Below the pieces are notes generated by a model. That model worked only from the letters and a program-made list of their open reading frames with translations, was not told where the DNA came from and did not search any database. Below are positions 1-11,035 of a stretch of DNA of 64,000 bases, in pieces. Where the stretch lies: NCBI GenBank assembly GCA_963708075.1, contig OY970194.1:4992001-5056000 (forward strand), read 5' to 3'. Source of the stretch: Sedimentisphaerales bacterium (GTDB lineage: Bacteria > Planctomycetota > Phycisphaerae > Sedimentisphaerales > Anaerobacaceae). The translations under genes and the position numbers were made by a program. The first letter of the stretch is position 1. Every line of letters starts with the position of its first letter.

Positions 1-535
1 GCTGGGAACTCAGGTCCACGTCGATATTGTCTATCACGACGCCGGCGCCGGTGAGCTTGATGTAGCAGACCCCGCCGGCCGAAGTGAGCGGGATTTCCTG
101 GCGTCCTTCCTCCAGGACCCGCGCGCTGGACCAGCCGGTGCCATCGGACGACGTCTGGCACTCCAGCCGACCCGGCACGAATTCGGACATCTCGGAGGGA
201 AAGGACACGTCCAGGGCAAAAGAGCCCTTGATCGCTCTCGCGGTTGATGCACCCGTTAGTGGAAAACGGTACGTGAGCTCGGCGTCCCGGCCGTTGTTGC
301 CGACGAACGCCAGGCCCCGGTTCCGGTTGACCTCCATGTAGTACAGGTATGGCCCGGATGGAGGGACTCCTCCGTTGGACCACAGCGTTGAATTGACATA
401 CCCGGCAAGCGTCGTGCTGCCGGCCGTGAAGTCCTCGGTGTAGCTGTACGGAAACTGCGCCCGGGCCGAGCCGCCGACGCACAGCAGCACAAGCAAGCAC
501 GCAGCCGAACAGGTTATGAGCCTCACACCGCTCAT
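1..535 (-). CDS. Secreted protein, 5' part only (runs off window start)
   Basis: Own translation from ATG at 535: MSGVRLITCSAACLLVLLCVGGSARA|QFPYSYTEDF..., Sec-type signal peptide, frame open to position 1. Absent from the ORF track because there is no stop in the window. Confidence 0.75.
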   Translation of the reverse strand, partial: MSGVRLITCSAACLLVLLCVGGSARAQFPYSYTEDFTAGSTTLAGYVNSTLWSNGGVPPSGPYLYYMEVNRNRGLAFVGNNGRDAELTYRFPLTGASTARAIKGSFALDVSFPSEMSEFVPGRLECQTSSDGTGWSSARVLEEGRQEIPLTSAGGVCYIKLTGAGVVIDNIDVDLSSQ

Positions 536-562
536 CCGATGCCTTGTCTTCGCATAAAGTCT

Positions 563-598
563 GGGTTTTTAGGTGGGCGGGGGCCCACCTAAAAACCC
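563..598. repeat. Perfect 16-bp hairpin (REP-like palindrome)
   Basis: GGGTTTTTAGGTGGGC-GGGG-GCCCACCTAAAAACCC. The T-run precedes the stem on both strands, so it is not a canonical intrinsic terminator. Confidence 0.7.
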
Positions 599-664
599 GC
601 CGCCAAACAACCAGCAACTATATTCAGTTGCCAAAAGGCTGATTCCCGGCCGGGCGGGCGACGT

Positions 665-889
665 TCACCGTCGCCCCATCCGGGCCGAATACTCATAGTC
701 AGTGGCGCGTACCGTTGCCGCACCTGCTCGATACGCCCTCGGCGAAGCCACAGTAGAACTGACGGTGGCGGCTTTGCGGGCCGGCGACGATCCGCCGGAC
801 CCATCCTTGCCCGCGTCCCCGGCCACGGCGACGGTTACTGCCGTCGCGAGCGCCAGGGTCCCGCCACTGACATTCCATTTCATCGTCAT
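665..889 (-). CDS. Small (~74 aa) putative secreted protein
   Basis: MTMKWNVSGGTLALATAVTVAVA.. hydrophobic N-terminus, preceded by AAAGGGGG; co-oriented downstream of the ECF sigma gene. Confidence 0.45.
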   Translation of the reverse strand: MTMKWNVSGGTLALATAVTVAVAGDAGKDGSGGSSPARKAATVSSTVASPRAYRAGAATVRATDYEYSARMGRR

Positions 890-1007
890 TATCAGAAACC
901 CCCTTTGCTCAGAACCCATCGTTCTTGTCAAGACGCCCACTTGCAGGCCTGACGCAACACCCTGTTATTGGGACGTAAAGGTTGGCCGTGCCCGTGCGAA
1001 TCCGGCG

Positions 1008-2867
1008 TCATGGCGTCGATCTGACCAGGTTGCCGTTCGCCAGCCGCATGAGCCAGAGGATTCCTTCATCCTGACTCAGCGAACCCCGGTAATTCGCCGC
1101 CCGCGGGGCAAGAAACTCGCTGCGTGCCGCCGGGAGCTCCTGGAGGTATTCGAAATCCAGTTGACCGACGGGATTCTGGCCGACGAAGAAGCCGATGCTC
1201 TTGACGACATCGGTCTCGAGATCGATTGTATACACAAGCCTTGCCGGATTGTGGATTACCGTCACCTGGACATCCTTGCCGTCGGAGAGCATGGTGGTCT
1301 GGAACGGCACCTGCCGCTCCGCCGCGTCGCGGCGTATGGTGTCTATCGTATGCAGCCCCATCCACGGGCGTGATAATCCCTGGAAGAAGCTGCCGCGTGC
1401 ATACTTGGTCAGCACGGTGTTTCTGGCATCGACGATATAGGCGCCCGTATCGACGTCCGTGAGCGTAAAGTCCCCGCCAACCGAAAGCTTCAACCACGCA
1501 TAGTGATCCCTGCTTGTGGCATAGATGAACGGTATGCGGCCGACGCCGGTGACGTTGCGACCGTTGATTCGCCCCTGCACACGGAAGTACGTCCACCCGC
1601 GCCTATGCATGGCATCGCGGTTATCCACGATCGTGGCGTCCGAACGCCAGTCGCTCTGGAAGTAATCCTCATTCAGGACGTTGCGGTATCGCATGGTCCA
1701 GGGCGGGGTATTCGCCCCTTCGGCATTGCGTTCGACGACGACGAGCAGCCCCCTGCCTTTGGCATCGACAGGCTGCATTTCAAGCTCCCTGCCCCGCATG
1801 CGCGTCAGGAAGTCCCTCATCGCGCTGCTATCGGTTGGAAGCGTGAAGACGCTCAGGTCGTTCATCCACATTCGATGATTTTCGACCTGGACGGTTCTGC
1901 CCTCATACGTGTAGTTCCCGTAGGCGTTTTGCAGGACCCTGCGTTCGGGGTTGGCCGCATCGGCCCCCGAGGTCGCCCGGAGCATCATGGGCCCATCGGG
2001 CTCCGCCGGGAAGTAGAACCAGTACGCCTGACCGCTGTTGCCGGCGGTCCCGAACGGGCTGGCCACGCGAGCAGCGGTTGTGGGCCGGCCGCTTTCGGCG
2101 GGCCCGGAAGTCGCCATGACGGCTCCCACCGTAACAGCGCCAGCGGCAGTCAGGGACAGCAGGGCGGTCTTGGTGGTCGCGACGCTCACAGCACTGGCCA
2201 GCAATCCCACCTTCATGGCGGTCGCCGGCACGGTCAGTTGAGCCGCCGCCGCCTCGCTGGGCGCCGTGATCTTGCCGAAAATGACCATGGCGGCCAGGAG
2301 CGAGCCCTTGCCAAAACCGTTATGCGAAAGCTCCTTCTGCAGCGCCTGTTTGGCTCGCATGAAGAGCATGCGGGTGCTGAACTCGCTGCACCCCATCGAT
2401 TGGGCGATCTCCGAGTAGGACATCCCGTCATAGCAACGCATGATCAGGACGGCCTTGTGACGGGTCCGCAGCTTCTGCATAGCGGTTGAGACAATCTGCT
2501 TCAACTCCTGGCCCACCAGGTTTTCAAATCCTCCCTGACGCTCTTTCATTGACCCCCGCCGCCTCTCCTCTGAGGCGGCTGCGTGCTGTAAGGCCTTTTC
2601 CGTCCTATAATGCCGATGGAGTTTGTTGGTGGCGATCCCATACAACCAGGACCAGAATCGATCTGCTCGCTGTAGCTTGCCTAGTACCTTGCACATTTCT
2701 AACAAGCTCTCCTGTACGATTTCTTGGGTGAGATCATTATCCTGCGTCAGGCGGTACACATAGACCCGCAACCGTTCGCCGGCGATCCCTGCCAGCCTTT
2801 CCAGGCTCGGCTTGTCCCCGCGCTGAGCCAGTTCTACCAACTGAATAATATCCACCTGCCCGTCCAT
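1008..2867 (-). CDS. ECF-type sigma-70 factor with TM segment and long C-terminal extension (619 aa)
   Basis: Region 2 (LTQEIVQESLL..FWSWLYGIATN), region 4 (LRTRHKAVLIMRCYDGMSYSEIAQSMG), Ala-rich hydrophobic stretch, then ~360 aa of unrecognised domain. Confidence 0.9.
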   Translation of the reverse strand: MDGQVDIIQLVELAQRGDKPSLERLAGIAGERLRVYVYRLTQDNDLTQEIVQESLLEMCKVLGKLQRADRFWSWLYGIATNKLHRHYRTEKALQHAAASEERRRGSMKERQGGFENLVGQELKQIVSTAMQKLRTRHKAVLIMRCYDGMSYSEIAQSMGCSEFSTRMLFMRAKQALQKELSHNGFGKGSLLAAMVIFGKITAPSEAAAAQLTVPATAMKVGLLASAVSVATTKTALLSLTAAGAVTVGAVMATSGPAESGRPTTAARVASPFGTAGNSGQAYWFYFPAEPDGPMMLRATSGADAANPERRVLQNAYGNYTYEGRTVQVENHRMWMNDLSVFTLPTDSSAMRDFLTRMRGRELEMQPVDAKGRGLLVVVERNAEGANTPPWTMRYRNVLNEDYFQSDWRSDATIVDNRDAMHRRGWTYFRVQGRINGRNVTGVGRIPFIYATSRDHYAWLKLSVGGDFTLTDVDTGAYIVDARNTVLTKYARGSFFQGLSRPWMGLHTIDTIRRDAAERQVPFQTTMLSDGKDVQVTVIHNPARLVYTIDLETDVVKSIGFFVGQNPVGQLDFEYLQELPAARSEFLAPRAANYRGSLSQDEGILWLMRLANGNLVRSTP

Positions 2868-3185
2868 CTTTGACCACTCTCAATCACTCAATTCATACCG
2901 GCAATACAGTGCCATACGGCCCCGGTAGCGCAACGGTTTTTTTCGCATTCCTGACTATTTTACCGGGATTCTCAGGATACACGTTCCAGCCCCTTCTGTC
3001 GAATGCTCGCCAGCCCCCTCGGGGGGGCCGGCACTCCATAAATCGGCGGATCCGACGCCGTTGACAAGCAAATTCTTCCCCCTCCCAGGGGGTATCCATC
3101 AAGTGACATTGCCCTCGAACCGATATTCCTTGCTGGAGCCTCCAAGAACGTCGTTGTACCGGTTGTCAGGCAAAGGAAGGGAAAA

Positions 3186-5316
3186 ATGCACGATTCTGCC
3201 GATCGTCCAGCCACTATCGTCGCGGTCAATCGCGACGACACGATTCAGAAAGCCGCCGCACTCATGTTGTCTCATAATGTCGGTTGTCTCATCGTCAATA
3301 ACGAAGACGGGGATTTCGTCGGCGTGGTCAGCGAGCGGGATGTCGCCCGCCGCGTTGCCACCGGCTGCGACACCGCCAGGACGAGCGTCGCCCAGATTAT
3401 GACGGATCATGTGATCTCCTGTCCGCCCGGCACACCCACCCACGAGGCCCGGCGGATCATGGCCACCCATCGTATTCGACACCTGCCCATCGTGGAGAAC
3501 GGGGTCGTTGCAGGGATACTGTCGGTGCGGGACGTGATGGCCCAGCAGTTGGCCGAGGACCGTGCGGCTGCGGAGGAAGTGGCCGTGCTCTCCAAGTGCC
3601 TCAAGAGCATCGACCTGCAGGAGGCCGTCGAGATTGTCGCCATGCAGGCCCCGAAGCTGTTTGAGGCGACAAGCTGCGCCCTGTGCCTGTACCCGAGCGA
3701 GGACACCACGAAAGGGCCGGAATTCGTCAGCTCCAACCGCTGCCTGTGCTTTGACGGCTCTGCAAGATGCCCGGAGTTCATGGGCGGCATGCTCATACAA
3801 GAGGGTCTGTCTGAGACGATCCCGGCTGAATGCGTGAACCAGGGAGGCCACCCGCCACGCCTGATGCTGCCGCTTGAGATTGCGGGTCTGTGCGATCCCT
3901 TCAGCGGCAAGGAGAAGCGGCTCAGGGGTTTCGTCTGCATGTGCGGCCTGGACGCCGCCTGCACAGTCAATAAGGAGCTCACGTCCTACAAGGCCAGACT
4001 GGCGCGGGAAATCGTCGTCGCACACCTGACCAATGCGTTGCGTTACCAGCAGGCGAGGCTCACGTCACTGACGGACGCCCTGACGGGTGTCGGGTCTCGC
4101 AAGCTGCTCGAGGACAAGCTCCAGGAAGAGTACGACCGCGCGAAGCGCTACAAACGGCCGTTCTCCGTGGCCATCATCGACCTCGACCACTTCAAGATGA
4201 TCAATGACACCCTGGGCCATGCCGCCGGCGATGACGCCATCCGGCAACTGGCCCAGTGCATGAACGAGCAGAAGAGGATCCCGGACGTGCTGGCGCGCTA
4301 CGGCGGCGACGAGTTCGTCATGCTCATGCCCGAGAACCCGGGCCGCCGACGCGGCCGTCCTGCTCGAAAGGATTCGAACCAGGACACCCCAGATACCGAT
4401 CGGCCAGGGCCTGTCCCTCTCTATCAGTTGTGGAATCGCCGAGTGTCTGCTCGATCAGGACACTGCCTCCGGCGAAGTGTTGAGACGGGCGGATCTGGCC
4501 CTCTACGAGGCCAAAAGCGCCGGCAGGAACTGCATCAAGCTCTGGAACAAGGATATGTGCCGGCTCCTCAACACCGGCGAGCTGGAAATCGAGCGGATCA
4601 AGAGGCTCCAGCGGCGGATCCTCGGCCTGTCTGAGATGGCCGAGAAGATGTTTATGGAAAGCATCTGGGGTTTCGTCCAGGCCCTCGAGGCCAAGGACGT
4701 CCACGCCCGCAAGCACACTGAGAACGTAATGCATTATGCCACAGCGATCACCCGGACAATGGATTTGGGTCCCAAGCATGTGGACCTCATCCGACGATCC
4801 GCCATGATCCACGATATCGGCAAGATCGGCATCCCGGACGCCATTCTCTTCAAGCCCGGCACTCTGACGCCCCACGAGCGGAGGATCGTCGAGCAACATC
4901 CGGTCATCGCCGCGCGGATCCTCGAGCCCATGAGCTTCCTGGAGCGGGAGGTGGCGATCGTGCGGCACCACCACGAAAAGTGGAATGGCCAGGGTTACCC
5001 GGATGGTCTGACCCGCACGGCCATTCCCCTGGGAGCAAGGGTCATCGCCGTGGCCGACACGTTCGATGCCCTGACCTCCAGCCGCGCCTACCATGAGCCG
5101 CGATGCATCTTCGAGGCGCTGCGGATCCTCAGGGATTCCGCCGATTACGATCTCGACCCGACCGCCGTCGAGGCCATGCTCACCTGGATTGCCGGCATCG
5201 GCAAACAACTCAGTAAGGCTTCGGAGGAGCTGACCGTGGAGGATTTGCTGGTCGTGCGAGGCGAGACCGAGGCGCAACCCATCCCCTGCCCTGCGCCGGC
5301 CGTGACCCTCTCTTAA
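3186..5316 (+). CDS. CBS-pair / Cys-rich GAF-like / GGDEF / HD-GYP cyclic-di-GMP enzyme (apparent +1 frameshift at ~4335)
   Basis: CBS motifs (GVVSERD, IRHLPIV), DLDHFKMINDTLGH, RYGGDEF; second ORF has HDIGKIG, HHEKWNGQGYP, VADTFDA. Removing one A in GAGAACC joins the ORFs as ..LMPETRAADAAVLLERIR.. Confidence 0.9.
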
Positions 5317-5354
5317 TAGCGTGGATGGCACCGTATTCTCCGGGTGAAAGACCC

Positions 5355-5445
5355 TGTCATCCTGAGCCGACAGTGAAGGATCGGGTCGACGAATGGAAGG
5401 TTTCCCTATCCGCGGCCCAGATGCTTCACTTCGTTCAGCATGACA
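5355..5445. repeat. Palindromic intergenic element (TGTCATCCTGAGC...GTTCAGCATGACA)
   Basis: Imperfect inverted arms TGTCATCCTGAGCCGACAGTGAAGGATC / GATGCTTCACTTCGTTCAGCATGACA. Confidence 0.75.
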
Positions 5446-5506
5446 AATGGCGGCTGCTCCCCCGCAAGATGTAGTCACACGCAAGCCTCTGATAACCAAG
5501 TGACTC

Positions 5507-5535
5507 TTGAGAATTGCCTCTCTCTGCGATAAGCT
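5507..5535 (+). promoter_or_regulatory. Putative sigma70 promoter
   Basis: TTGAGA-N17-TAAGCT upstream of the 5633 gene. Confidence 0.4.
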
Positions 5536-5632
5536 TATGCCGTGATGGATGTGACACATGATCCGGTTGAACGTCGCGGCCGCGCAGGCTTTGACGAGTC
5601 CCGTAGAGCCACGGCCGCCGCGGGAGAGAACC

Positions 5633-7165
5633 ATGCTGCTCGATTCGCTTAATCGCAGAGAGTTCATGACCCTGACCACCGCAGGCATTGCCGGCGCCTT
5701 GTCGCTCGGCGCATCGTCACCGGCCGGGACCGGACCGGACGACTGGGACCCGGACAAGCCACTTGCCCGCACGGGCAAGCCCCTGATCGTCCAGCCGATC
5801 CTGATGTATCGGGTGGCCGAGAAGCGGCCCGCCACCTCCTGGAAATCCTGGGGGGCCGTGCAAAGCGAGGAGGCGGCGGGCAAAGAAGCGGCGGCCATTA
5901 CGCAGGAGCTGAACACGCTCGCTTCCAAAGCCGAATTCCCCGTGAGGGTCCTGTCACTTGTATCGGCCAAGACTCCCGAACAGGCCGCCCAGGCGCACAG
6001 AAACGACTATGATGCCGTGATCGTCTACGCCGCCAGCGGCTCCGGGGACCTGCTGCGGGCATGCTTCGCTCCAAAGAAGGACAAGGACACGATCCTTTTC
6101 GTGCGCTGCCGTTCCGGCCCCGCGTACTACTGGTACGAAGCCTTGAGCACGAAATACCTGCAGACCGGTCAGCCCGATTCGCCCCGCCCCTCCCGCCTCG
6201 ATCATGGCGGCGTCCACGTCGAGGATGTCGTCGTGGATGATTCTGAAGAGCTGCTGTGGCGGCTGCGAGGCCTCTACGCCTTGAAGAATTTCCTTGGCAC
6301 GCGGATCGTGGCGCTGGGCGGACCGTGGGGCAAATACTCGCCCGAGGCCCCGCAGGTGGCGCGAGACCGCTACGGGATCGAAATCATTGACGTGCCTTAT
6401 GAAGCGATCGCCCCGCGCATCAAGGCCGCACAGGAGGACCGCGACCTGGCCGCCCGCATGGAGCAGTGGGCCAACAGGTACCTTGCACTGCCAAACACGA
6501 CTCTGGAAACCGACAAATCCTTCCTCGTCAACACGTTTCTCCTCCACCGCATTTTCAAGGACCTGATGCGAGAGCACGACGCCCCGGCGTTCACGATCCG
6601 CGGCTGCATGGGCACAATCCTGCCGATGGCGCAGACGACAGCGTGCCTGGCCCTGAGCCTGCTCAATGATGAGGGCGTGATGGCCTTCTGCGAGTCGGAC
6701 TTCGTCATCATTCCCGCCGGCATCCTGCTGCATTACACCTGCGGCCGACCCGTGTTTCTGCACAACTCGACCTTCCCGCACGACGGCCTCGTCACGTGTG
6801 CCCACTGCACGGCCCCGCGCCGGCTCGACGGCGTTCACTACGAACCGGCAAAGATCCTGACCCACTACGAGTCGGAGTATGGCGCCGCCCCGAAAGTCGA
6901 GATGCCCATCGGCCGCCAGGTGACATTCATCGACCCCGAGTACAGCACCGGCCGCTGGCTCGGCTTTACCGGCCTCGTCAAGAGCAATCCCTTCTACGAC
7001 ATCTGCCGCTCCCAGCAGGACGTCGAAATCCAGGGCGACTGGCCCAAGCTCCTCAGCGAGGTCCGTGACTCTCACTGGATGATGGCCTACGGCAACCACC
7101 TGCGCCCCCTCGCCTACGCCGCCCGGAAAACCGGCATCCAGTGGCTCGACCTTTCGCAGACATAG
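5633..7165 (+). CDS. Tat-exported L-fucose/L-arabinose isomerase-like protein
   Basis: GGGAGAG RBS; LNRREFM twin-arginine signal; C-terminal CESD, AHCTAP, CRSQ and HWMMAYGNH motifs of the FucI/AraA-like fold. Confidence 0.7.
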   Translation: MLLDSLNRREFMTLTTAGIAGALSLGASSPAGTGPDDWDPDKPLARTGKPLIVQPILMYRVAEKRPATSWKSWGAVQSEEAAGKEAAAITQELNTLASKAEFPVRVLSLVSAKTPEQAAQAHRNDYDAVIVYAASGSGDLLRACFAPKKDKDTILFVRCRSGPAYYWYEALSTKYLQTGQPDSPRPSRLDHGGVHVEDVVVDDSEELLWRLRGLYALKNFLGTRIVALGGPWGKYSPEAPQVARDRYGIEIIDVPYEAIAPRIKAAQEDRDLAARMEQWANRYLALPNTTLETDKSFLVNTFLLHRIFKDLMREHDAPAFTIRGCMGTILPMAQTTACLALSLLNDEGVMAFCESDFVIIPAGILLHYTCGRPVFLHNSTFPHDGLVTCAHCTAPRRLDGVHYEPAKILTHYESEYGAAPKVEMPIGRQVTFIDPEYSTGRWLGFTGLVKSNPFYDICRSQQDVEIQGDWPKLLSEVRDSHWMMAYGNHLRPLAYAARKTGIQWLDLSQT

Positions 7166-7299
7166 CACCGCGCGTGCAGCACGTTGGAAATGCTTGTAAA
7201 CGCTGGAGCCCTCAGAAGTCATGGAAATCTGCGAGACAAACCTGATTGAAAATGCGCGCAATTAAGGATTTTGCCTAACGACAGCGGTTCGGCCACGTG

Positions 7300-7519
7300 G
7301 TAAATGGGTCTGTATCCATGTCTGCGAGGCCACGATAACCGGACTCGCAGAAGGCTTCGGAGAAGGCCGGTGGGCGGGTGTTGTCAAGCGGTCGAACAAT
7401 GCTTCATCCGGCAGCGGCCGTGAAATTTCTGCCAAACGTGTCCGGGCCCGGATGCGCGTCAGACAGAGAAGCCGACGCCACACCACGGACGGCCTGAGAG
7501 CCCGTTCGATGTGCCGCAT
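7300..7519 (-). mobile_element. Degenerate 3' remnant of an IS66-family element
   Basis: ERALRPSVVWRR and LFDRLTTPAHR..(P)SLL resemble the IS66 transposase C-terminus; the segment ends ...CCCATTTAC, like IS66 GTAA..TTAC termini. Confidence 0.4.
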
Positions 7520-7560
7520 TCCTCATTTCATCTGCTGGTCCTGCACCATTCCCGGCATGC

Positions 7561-8154
7561 TTAGGCTCTGTCGGTGTGCATCAGGCTGAGGACTTCGCTG
7601 CGGGTACGGGCATCCTTCTTGAAGGCGCCTCGCAAGGCCGAGGTCACCATGAGCGACCCGGGTTTCCGGATTCCGCGGATCGTCATGCAGCCGTGAGAGG
7701 CCTGGAGCACGACGGCCACGCCCAGCGGCTTGAGGTTGTTCATGAGGAAGTCGGCGATCTGCCCGGTCAGCCGCTCCTGCGCCTGGAGCCGGTGGGCGAA
7801 TGTGTCCACGATCCGCGCCAGCTTGCTGACGCCCAGGACCTTGCCCGTCGGCAGGTAGGCGACGTGCGCCTTGCCGATGAAGGGCAACAGGTGATGCTCA
7901 CAGATGCTGTAGAAAGGAATATCGCGAAGCAGGACGATCTCGTCGTATTTCTCCGTGAAGACGCTTCGCAGGTGGACTTTGGGATCCTCGAACGTGCCGC
8001 CGAGCAGCTCGGTGTACATGCGGGCGACCCGTTCCGGCGTCTTCTTCAGGCCTTCACGTTCCACGTCCTCGCCGAGGGCCAGGAGGATTTCCCTGACCGC
8101 TCTGCAGATTCGATCGCAGTCCATCTTGTTGTTGTTGTTGCGTGTCTTTGCCAT
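7561..8154 (-). CDS. folE: GTP cyclohydrolase I
   Basis: [37 protein letters not shown]. Confidence 0.97.
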   Translation of the reverse strand: MAKTRNNNNKMDCDRICRAVREILLALGEDVEREGLKKTPERVARMYTELLGGTFEDPKVHLRSVFTEKYDEIVLLRDIPFYSICEHHLLPFIGKAHVAYLPTGKVLGVSKLARIVDTFAHRLQAQERLTGQIADFLMNNLKPLGVAVVLQASHGCMTIRGIRKPGSLMVTSALRGAFKKDARTRSEVLSLMHTDRA

Positions 8155-9688
8155 TACTTCTTTTCAACCAGGTTCATCAGGTAGGTAATCAGCAGTCGGA
8201 CTCCGAACCCTGTGGCGCCCACTGCGGCGTGCGCGGCCGGCGTCGTCAGCACGTCCATGCCCGCGATGTCCAGGTGGGCCCATTTCGCCTCACCCACGAA
8301 CTGCCGCAGGAAGGCCGCCGCCGTGCAGGCGCCGCCCCAGCGGCTGCCGATGTTCTTCAAATCGGCGATCTTGCTCTTCATCTCGTCCGCGTACTCGTCG
8401 CTGCTAGGCATGTGCCAGAGGCTCTCGCCGCTTTCCTCCGCCGCCTTCTCGAGCTCCTTGACCAGCTCATCGTCGTTGCTCATCAGCCCCGCCTTGAATG
8501 AGCCCAGCGCCACCACGCAGGCGCCGGTCAGCGTCGCCACGTCGATTATGATGTCGCTCTTCTGTCGGGCCGCGAACGCCAGCGCATCGCACAGGAGCAT
8601 CCGCCCCTCGGCGTCCGTGTTGAGAATCTCGACGGTCTTGCCGCTGTACGTGGTGACGATGTCACCCGGGCGGAAGCTCGATCCGCTCGGCAGGTTCTCG
8701 GCGGATGGGACCAGGCCCCAGAGATTCAGCGGAAGCTCCAGCTCGGCGGCCGCCTTCATCGCCGCCAGCACGGCGATCCCGCCACTCTTGTCCAGCTTCA
8801 TCTGGTCCATGTCCTGCGCCGGCTTGATGCTGATGCCGCCGGAGTCGAACGTCACGCCCTTGCCCACCAGGGCAACGGTCGGCAGGCGCCGCCCGGGCCT
8901 CTTCACCGGGGTGTACTTCAGGATAATCAGCCTCGGTTTATTCTGGCTTCCGGCCCCGACGGCGAGGATGGCGCCCATCTTCTCCGCTTCGAGCTGCCTC
9001 TCGTCGTAGATCGTGCAGCGCAGCGCGGTGAGCCCGCGGGTGAGGTCCCGCGCCGCCTTGGCCAGGGCCGGCGGATTGATCACGTTGGCCGGGCGGTTCG
9101 CCAGGGTGGCGCGTAGCTTTGCATCCGGCCGATGACGACGCCCGGAGCAATCCCCGCGTTGAGACCTTTGAGCTGGGCCGGGCGCGGGTCCACGATCTGG
9201 GCTTCCAGCGCGCCGAGCCGGCCATTCTCGGATTCGCTGACGTACTCGTCGTAGCGATAACTGCCATAATAAACGCCCTCGACAATCGCCCTGCCCATCG
9301 CCGCTGCGTCGAGATTGCCGGCAAAGGCGCGATGCAGCGCCAGTGAGATCTGCCTGGCCTTCATCTCCACGGCGCGATTGGCGGCGATGGCCGCCGCTTT
9401 GCGGAGCGTATCGAGCGTCGCCTTGCCGCGCTCGCCGAGGCCAACGAGCAGGAGTCGCTCGGCGGCGATTTTGCCGTTGCTATAGATGACGGCGTGTGTC
9501 CTGGCCTTGCCCGTGAAATCACCGAGCTCTCTGAGACGCTCGACAGCCCCGCCGAGCTTTTCGTCGAGCTTGCGGAGGATGTCATCCGGCTCGCCGTCGG
9601 AGAACCGGCCCACCACGAGCATATCCGTCTTGCAGCGGGCAAACTCCGCCTTTTTCGTCTTCACGTCCACGTCGATGATTTGTCGCAT
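8154..9688 (-). CDS. pepA: Leucyl aminopeptidase (M17), apparent -1 frameshift at ~9110
   Basis: [32 protein letters not shown]. Adding one base restores [15 protein letters not shown] across the junction of ORFs 9080-9688 and 8154-9083. Confidence 0.93.
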
Positions 9689-9697
9689 GACTCCAAC

Positions 9698-10829
9698 CTA
9701 CTGCTGTTTCGCGTTGCCCTGGGTTTTGAACTTGGCCCGTTGCCGCAGGCAACTGTCGATGAACTCGTCCAGATCGCCATCGAGAATGGCGTCGACGTTG
9801 CCGGTCTCATGGCCGGTGCGGTGGTCCTTGACCAACTGGTACGGCTGGAGCACGTAGCTGCGGATCTGGTTGCCCCAGGCGATCTCGCCCTTGTCCCCGT
9901 AGAGCCTGTTGATCTCCTTGTCGCGCTTCTCCTGCTCCAGACGTTCGATCTTCGCCTGCAGAATAGACAGGGCCATCTTCTTGTTCTGCGCCTGGCTTCG
10001 CTCGTTGACGCACTCGACGATGAGGTTCGTCGGGATATGTCGGATGCGAACGGCCGTGGAGACCTTGTTGACGTTTTGCCCGCCGGCCCCCGAAGAACGG
10101 CGGAAATAAACGATGTCGAGATCGTTGTCCTTCAGCTCCAGATCGGCCTCGGGCAGCTCCGGCAGCACGTCGACGGCCGCGAAACTCGTATGCCGGCGCG
10201 CATTGGAGTCGAATGGGCTGATTCGTACGAGCCGGTGCACGCCGGTTTCGCACGACAGCTTGCCGAACGCGAACGGCCCTGCGACCCGCAGCGTGATCGA
10301 GCGAATCCCCGCCTCTTCGCCCGGCGTGATGGCCAACTCCTCGTACTTGTACTTGTTCGCGTCGAAGTACCGCGTGTACATGCGAAGCAACATGCTGGCC
10401 CAGTCGCAGCTTTCCGTGCCGCCGGCCCCGGCGTGGATGGCAAAGAAGCAGTTTCGCATGTCCTGGGGCCTCGACAGCAAACCCTGCAGCTCGATCTGCT
10501 CGCAGCGGCGATCCAGCGACTTGACATCCGCTTCAAGCTGAGCCAGCTCGTCCGCGTCGTCCTCCTCGGCCGCAAGCCCGTAGAGCTCCACCAGGTCCTT
10601 TACTTCTCGCTGCAACTCCTCCGCTGGATCGACCACCGCCTTCAAAGCACTGAGCTGCATTACGACGTTCTGGGCCGCCTCCTGGTTATCCCAGAATCCC
10701 GGCTTGGACATCCGTTTCTCCAGCTCTCCGAGCTGCGCCTTCTTGTTTGGTAAGTCAAAGCCAGTCCCGGATCGCTTCGACCCGGGCCTCTAACGCACCG
10801 ATTACCGTTTTCAGTTCTGCTACTTCCAT
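9698..10829 (-). CDS. prfB: Peptide chain release factor 2 with programmed +1 frameshift
   Basis: GGQNVNK and SPF motifs. A 24-codon leader MEVAELK..IRDWL ends in CTT-TGA-C (10754-10760), and the +1 frame continues into ORF 9698-10711. Confidence 0.97.
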
Positions 10830-11006
10830 AAGCCCATCCAATCATCGTTCTATTGTTGTCAGGAAAAGCACAGCAAGGCTTATACCACACCCGCATCAGA
10901 TATGCAACCCGCCGACCCGCTACTCCTACGCCCCCGCGCGCCGCGAGTTCGTTGCTAACCGGATTGGCGGGCCACCTCATGCCCTGCGTCTGCAAGCGAA
11001 AACCGC

Positions 11007-11035
11007 TTGACACACCGGCGGCTCTGAGCTACCGT
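11007..11035 (+). promoter_or_regulatory. Putative sigma70 promoter
   Basis: TTGACA-N17-TACCGT upstream of the secreted-protein genes. Confidence 0.45.

Noticed and set aside
2905..2945. Autoregulatory ECF promoter shared with the 11025-11045 region
   Set aside because: The similarity (GCTACCG..GG.CCGT) is short, and the second site is explained by a sigma70 -10 element.
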